Assembly (NCBI GenBank): GCA_964470995.1
Contig: CAYYEP010000006.1
Location: forward strand, 1 to 58,764
DNA length: 58,764 nt
Direction of reading: 5' to 3'
Source: an uncultured Candidatus Saccharibacteria bacterium
Lineage (GTDB): Bacteria; Patescibacteriota; Minisyncoccia; Minisyncoccales; UBA5738
Below are positions 54,776 through 58,764 of the stretch, piece by piece; the stretch's first letter is position 1; every line of letters begins with the position of its first letter. The position numbers and the translations under genes were made by a program. Under the pieces are notes generated by a model that did not search any database, was not told where the DNA came from, and worked only from the letters and a program-made list of their open reading frames with translations.

Positions 54776-55026
54776 CAGACGAGGGGAACGAAGGCAAAGC
54801 CAGGATTAATCGGTGGCCGGCATGGAATCGTTGCGGGATTTGTGAACTTCCAGATGGAATGGCTAAGCGGCGCGACCATAATGCCGCCGGGTTCTATTTG
54901 TTCTTTTCAGACCGCGAAAATAACTTCGCCGGCGGCGGAAACCAGTATCCGGTCAAATGGGGCTTCGGTCGGAAATCCCAGGCGGCCAGCGTCATATTGC
55001 CGGTGTTTAATTTTGGGGCTTCGCAG
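54776..55026 (-). pseudogene. pcm: Remnant of a protein-L-isoaspartate O-methyltransferase gene (C-terminal third only, with an in-frame TGA)
   Basis: The minus-strand frame reads ...HRQYDAGRLGFPTEAPFDRILVSAAAGEVIFAV*KEQIEPGGIMVAPL...FAFVPLV. E. coli Pcm reads [44 protein letters not shown]...VRFVPLV. No SAM-binding N-terminal part is present. Confidence 0.6.
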
Positions 55027-55402
55027 CTAAAAGTTTAACGCCAATCTCGGAGATTTTAGCTCCGGCGTAAACGAGGAATGTGGCGAATATCGACCAAATC
55101 GCGGCATTAAGCATTTTTACGATTGAACCATCGGGGATCATGCTGTTGACGGTTTTATCGACCGAGGTTTGCACTTGTATCTGCATCATTTCCTGAACCG
55201 CCCTGGAATCGGCAAGATCAATATTTTTTGAATTGTCGGCGTTATCTTCCGGTTCAACCGATTTGGCGGCGGTTTGCACCAAGGCCGGGAATTGGGATTC
55301 GCCGGTAAAATAACCATACGACGTCCTGGCCGAATAAACGATTAACGCCAAACCGGCAAAGAGAATTACCCAGCCTGAAACCTTTTCAAAATTAATTGAC
55401 AT
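55007..55402 (-). CDS. Two-TM membrane protein
   Basis: 131-aa ORF that starts 10 nt after the aminopeptidase stop. It has hydrophobic helices at both ends. Confidence 0.55.
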   Translation of the reverse strand: MSINFEKVSGWVILFAGLALIVYSARTSYGYFTGESQFPALVQTAAKSVEPEDNADNSKNIDLADSRAVQEMMQIQVQTSVDKTVNSMIPDGSIVKMLNAAIWSIFATFLVYAGAKISEIGVKLLAAKPQN

Positions 55403-55411
55403 TTTATTATT

Positions 55412-56851
55412 TTAACATTTGGCTTCGAGAAAAGCTTTATAGGCCAGATATGCCGAGTAGATATCGGCCTTGCTGGCGATCTCGAACGGCGCGTGCATCG
55501 ATAATAAAGGAACGCCGATATCAATAACATCCATATTCATTTGCGCGATGTGCTTGGCAATCGTGCCGCCTCCGCCCAAATCAACTTTGCCCAAAGTTCC
55601 GGTTTGCCAGTCGACTTTGGCGCCATTAAAAATGCGGCGGATCAATGCGGTAAATTCAGCGCCCGCCTCACTAGCCGAATACTTGCCGCCCCAGCCGGTG
55701 TAAGTCTCAATGGAGACTCCGGCACCGAGGCGGGCCGCGTTTAACGAATCATAAACTTCGGCGTAATCCGGATCATAGGCAGAAGTAACATCCGCGGAAA
55801 TCGCTTTAGACATAAATAAAGCATCGCGCGTATAGTTTTCATTGTGGGTTCCGGTCTCAAGATAGATCAGTTCACTGACAAAATCGAAAATAAAATTCGA
55901 CATCGCCCCAGTAACGCCTTCGCTGCCAATTTCCTCTTTATCCACGAGCACCACCAGCGAACCGTATTCGCGCTTCCCGGAATCGATCAATGCGGTGAGC
56001 GCGGTGTAAGCGCAAACGCGGTCATCATGGCCGTATGCGGCGATCAAGCTGCGGTCAAAGCCCAAGTCGCGCGCCGCGCCCTGCGGCACAATCTCCAAGT
56101 TCGCAGAAACAAAATCTTCTTCGGTAATGCCATATTTTTGGTTCAGCAGTTTCAATAGTTGTTTTTTGGCCGGATCTTTGTCGTCTTTGTTCTTTGTTCC
56201 AGTACTGCCCACCAAGATGTTAAGCGTTTCGGCGGGAATGGCATCGTCGAGTTTCTTTTCCGACTGGATCTTATCCAAGTGAGGCAGAAGATCGCTGATC
56301 ATAAATATCGGATCGGCCGGATCGTCGCCGATCGCGATCTCAACCGCCGTCCCGTCGGCCTTAACCACCGTGCCATACATCGCTAAAGGCATGGCTGTCC
56401 ACTGATATTTTTTGATGCCGCCGTAGTAATGGGTTTTAAAGAAAGCGATATGATCGCTTTCATAAAGAGGTTTTACCTTAAGGTCCAGGCGAGGCGAATC
56501 GATATGCGCCAAAATAAGGCGCAATCCCTGGCGGACACCTCTTTTCCCGGGTGCAAAAAGAATCATAGCGCGGTCGCGGTTTACCGAATAGAGCGGAGCG
56601 GGAAAATCGGCAACCGAACTGGCGCCGACATGCTCAAGCCGTTTAAAACCCGAAGCCTCGGCAAGAGAGCGGGCAAATTTTACGCTTAAGCGTTCGGTTT
56701 TGGCGCTGGTAAGGAATTTCTTGTAGCTCTCGCAGTAATCGTAGGCCGTTTTTATTCGGGCATCATCCCAGGTATCGAAAGAATATTTCCTTTCAAAGGA
56801 AAAATCGGGTTCCTTTTGCTCTTTTTTGTCTTTTTGATCTTTATTTTCCAT
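55412..56851 (-). CDS. M18-family aminopeptidase (aspartyl aminopeptidase-like)
   Basis: LILAHIDSPRLDLKVKPL, VDKEEIGSEG, GGGGTIAKH and LSMHAPFE. Confidence 0.8.
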   Translation of the reverse strand: MENKDQKDKKEQKEPDFSFERKYSFDTWDDARIKTAYDYCESYKKFLTSAKTERLSVKFARSLAEASGFKRLEHVGASSVADFPAPLYSVNRDRAMILFAPGKRGVRQGLRLILAHIDSPRLDLKVKPLYESDHIAFFKTHYYGGIKKYQWTAMPLAMYGTVVKADGTAVEIAIGDDPADPIFMISDLLPHLDKIQSEKKLDDAIPAETLNILVGSTGTKNKDDKDPAKKQLLKLLNQKYGITEEDFVSANLEIVPQGAARDLGFDRSLIAAYGHDDRVCAYTALTALIDSGKREYGSLVVLVDKEEIGSEGVTGAMSNFIFDFVSELIYLETGTHNENYTRDALFMSKAISADVTSAYDPDYAEVYDSLNAARLGAGVSIETYTGWGGKYSASEAGAEFTALIRRIFNGAKVDWQTGTLGKVDLGGGGTIAKHIAQMNMDVIDIGVPLLSMHAPFEIASKADIYSAYLAYKAFLEAKC

Positions 56852-56936
56852 TGTAATGAATTAGGCTAGTTTAAAATTAGCCCAGAACAACGAAAAAGTA
56901 AAACGTGCTATTATGTATTAAGCTTTCAGAATTATT

Positions 56937-58016
56937 ATGGAAAACAGAATAAAAAAAACACAAGAAGCGATCAAGAGCGCGGGACTGGATGGTTTGATCG
57001 TAACCGCTACGGCTAATATATTCTACTTAACCGGCATTGCCAACTTTGAAGTCGACAAGGGATTTATGCTGATTGTTACGACCACGGATTGGAAATTGAT
57101 TACCTCGCGGTTTTACCAAGCGCGAGTGGAAAATATTTGCCCTCGAAATAATTTGATTTATGTTGACCGGGGCGAATCAACTTCAAAAAGCGCGGCAGTT
57201 TTAATTAAAACCGGCGCAAATATCGGCTTTGACCCGGAGGATGTTTCGTGCGCAAAATTCGCCGCAATCAAAAAATCATTTAAACAGAGAAAAATTTTGC
57301 CTTCTCCGGGAATCATCGAGGAATTACGAATTATTAAGGATGCCGAAGAGATGGCGTTAATTAGAAAAGCGGCGGCGATCACCGATAGAACTTTTGGGGC
57401 TCTAATCAAGCTAATCAGACCTGGAGTGACCGAGATCGCGCTGAAGCGCAAAATAATCGAGATGATGCAAGATATGGGGGCCAGCGGCGGGTCGTTTGAC
57501 CCGATTGTGGCCAGCGGTAAGAATGCTGCCGACCCGCACTACGAAGGCGCCAACAAGAAAATCAAAACGGGCGAAATGGTGCTGATCGATATGGGCGCGC
57601 GGTACAAGAATTACGATGCCGACCTGACGCGCACGGTTTTTATTGGCAAAGCCACTCCCAGGTTCAGGGAAGTTTACAATATGGTTCTCGAAACGCAGGA
57701 AAAAGCTCTAAAAGACTGCGTTTTAGGGACCGCGCCAACCCAAATTTACGATAATTGTGTCGCGAATTTTAAACATTACGGCCAGGAAGACTATTTTACG
57801 CACGGCTTGGGGCACGGGGTTGGGATCGAAATCCACGAAAAACCATCCCTAGCTCCAGGCGGAACGGGGAATCTGGAAAACGGCATGGTATTCACTGTCG
57901 AACCGGGTCTGTATTATCCCGGCTGGGGCGGGGTGCGCGTCGAAGACTTGTGCGTGATGAGCCAAGGCTCCAATCAACGGTTGAGTCGCGCGCCGAAACG
58001 ACTGATCGAGGTTTAG
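56937..58016 (+). CDS. M24B Xaa-Pro aminopeptidase/dipeptidase
   Basis: VLIDMGARYKNYDADLTRT, HGLGHGVGIEIHE and VEPGLYYPGWGGVRVED. Confidence 0.85.
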   Translation: MENRIKKTQEAIKSAGLDGLIVTATANIFYLTGIANFEVDKGFMLIVTTTDWKLITSRFYQARVENICPRNNLIYVDRGESTSKSAAVLIKTGANIGFDPEDVSCAKFAAIKKSFKQRKILPSPGIIEELRIIKDAEEMALIRKAAAITDRTFGALIKLIRPGVTEIALKRKIIEMMQDMGASGGSFDPIVASGKNAADPHYEGANKKIKTGEMVLIDMGARYKNYDADLTRTVFIGKATPRFREVYNMVLETQEKALKDCVLGTAPTQIYDNCVANFKHYGQEDYFTHGLGHGVGIEIHEKPSLAPGGTGNLENGMVFTVEPGLYYPGWGGVRVEDLCVMSQGSNQRLSRAPKRLIEV

Positions 58017-58073
58017 TAATTTTGTTTGAGCGTGTTATCCTTTAGGTGTAGCCATATTAAACTAAGAAAGAAT

Positions 58074-58631
58074 ATGTCAAAAGCTTTTTTGGTATCAATG
58101 GTCGTTATGACGCTGGCGGCGTTTGGAGTTGCCAGCTATACCGTAAAGCAGAACGCGATTAACATTGAATTGGAAGCAAATAAAATGTATTCGGCGCCTC
58201 TAAACCGGCAAACCGAAGACGAAGCCGTGATAGAGGAAGAAATGTTGGAAACCGGGCAAGCAAAGCCCGCAAACAAGGAGAACAGCGAAAGCGAAATGTG
58301 TGTGACCATGAGCTACAATGAAGCGATTGATATCGCCCGGGCGGGAGAATGCGGGGAAAACGCAGAATTAACAGAAACCCATTTTTGCAACGAGGGAACA
58401 AAAACGTGGTGGATAGATTTGGACTTGAAAAAAGAGGGGTGCAGACCGGCATGCGTGATCAATACGGAAAACAAAACGGTCGAGATCAACTGGCGCTGTA
58501 CCGGGGCGATGATGCCGCCGGGGGCGACGTTTGAAATCGAATTACCCTCCAAAGACACAAACCCTCTTGAATCACCCGATCCGGAGATTACGCCGATATT
58601 ACCCGATGCGGCGGCGATACTGGCCCAATAG
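58074..58631 (+). CDS. Exported Cys-containing hypothetical protein
   Basis: Signal-like MSKAFLVSMVVMTLAAFGVASY. It contains six Cys residues (CVTM...GECG...FCNEG...GCRPACV...RCTG). Confidence 0.55.
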   Translation: MSKAFLVSMVVMTLAAFGVASYTVKQNAINIELEANKMYSAPLNRQTEDEAVIEEEMLETGQAKPANKENSESEMCVTMSYNEAIDIARAGECGENAELTETHFCNEGTKTWWIDLDLKKEGCRPACVINTENKTVEINWRCTGAMMPPGATFEIELPSKDTNPLESPDPEITPILPDAAAILAQ

Positions 58632-58764
58632 CACTTTTAAACGCCGCGACGTGCGGGGCTTTTGTTTGACTTTTACGATGATTGTTGTATATAAAGAAAG
58701 ATCAAAAGGACCTAAATTCAGGGACTAATCAGGACACCGCGAGGTGTTTTTTAGTTTGCCAATA

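Overview
This 58.8-kb chromosomal fragment reads like a small-genome, Patescibacteria/CPR-type bacterium. That placement is an inference from gene content: compact housekeeping genes, a type IV pilin with a PilB-type ATPase, NAD salvage genes, and many small exported or membrane orphan proteins. The standard genetic code applies, with TGA used as a stop. Nothing here was aligned or searched; all calls come from reading the sequence and ORF translations.

Contents, left to right:
- A probable 23S rRNA 3' end, with no recognisable 5S after it.
- ybaK-like and pdaD genes.
- Divergent tRNA-Ile(GAU) and tRNA-Ala(UGC), with a duplicated tRNA-Ile 5' half between them.
- A beta-lactamase-fold hydrolase and an ANT(2'')-like nucleotidyltransferase.
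- Two tandem cysteine-synthase paralogs behind an attenuator-like leader.
- gtrA-like gene, dnaX and tRNA-Gln.
- A cassette-like run of orphan genes punctuated by an identical 29-nt motif.
- A 771-aa acidic repeat surface protein.
- A Fur-family regulator with a metal permease.
- A G+C-richer NAD salvage cluster (Nudix, nadE, nadK, pncB, pncA) that ends at a decayed IS200-type element.
- mltG, HD and MBL-fold hydrolases, and exported repeat proteins.
- An AT-hook orphan protein next to a pilin/PilB mini-cluster.
- An ABC exporter, a decayed DUF2207 paralog and tspO.
- An accessory patch of hypotheticals that includes a DUF6879-like gene.
- An AbrB-type regulator, an M23 peptidase, an intact DUF2207 gene, a compact metK and a membrane-anchored serpin.
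- A pcm gene remnant, and M18 and M24 aminopeptidases.

Most notable non-genic signals:
- A 29-nt motif present three times in 2 kb.
- A dispersed roughly 100-200-nt repeat family at five or more intergenic sites.
- Two exactly phased palindrome arrays: TACGTA x4 at 12-bp spacing and GTATATAC x4 at 11-bp spacing.
- A perfect 7-1-7 Fur-type box.
- An orphan promoter-terminator unit.

Caveat: several genes are broken exactly at homopolymer runs, so assembly indel errors are a live alternative to real pseudogenisation.
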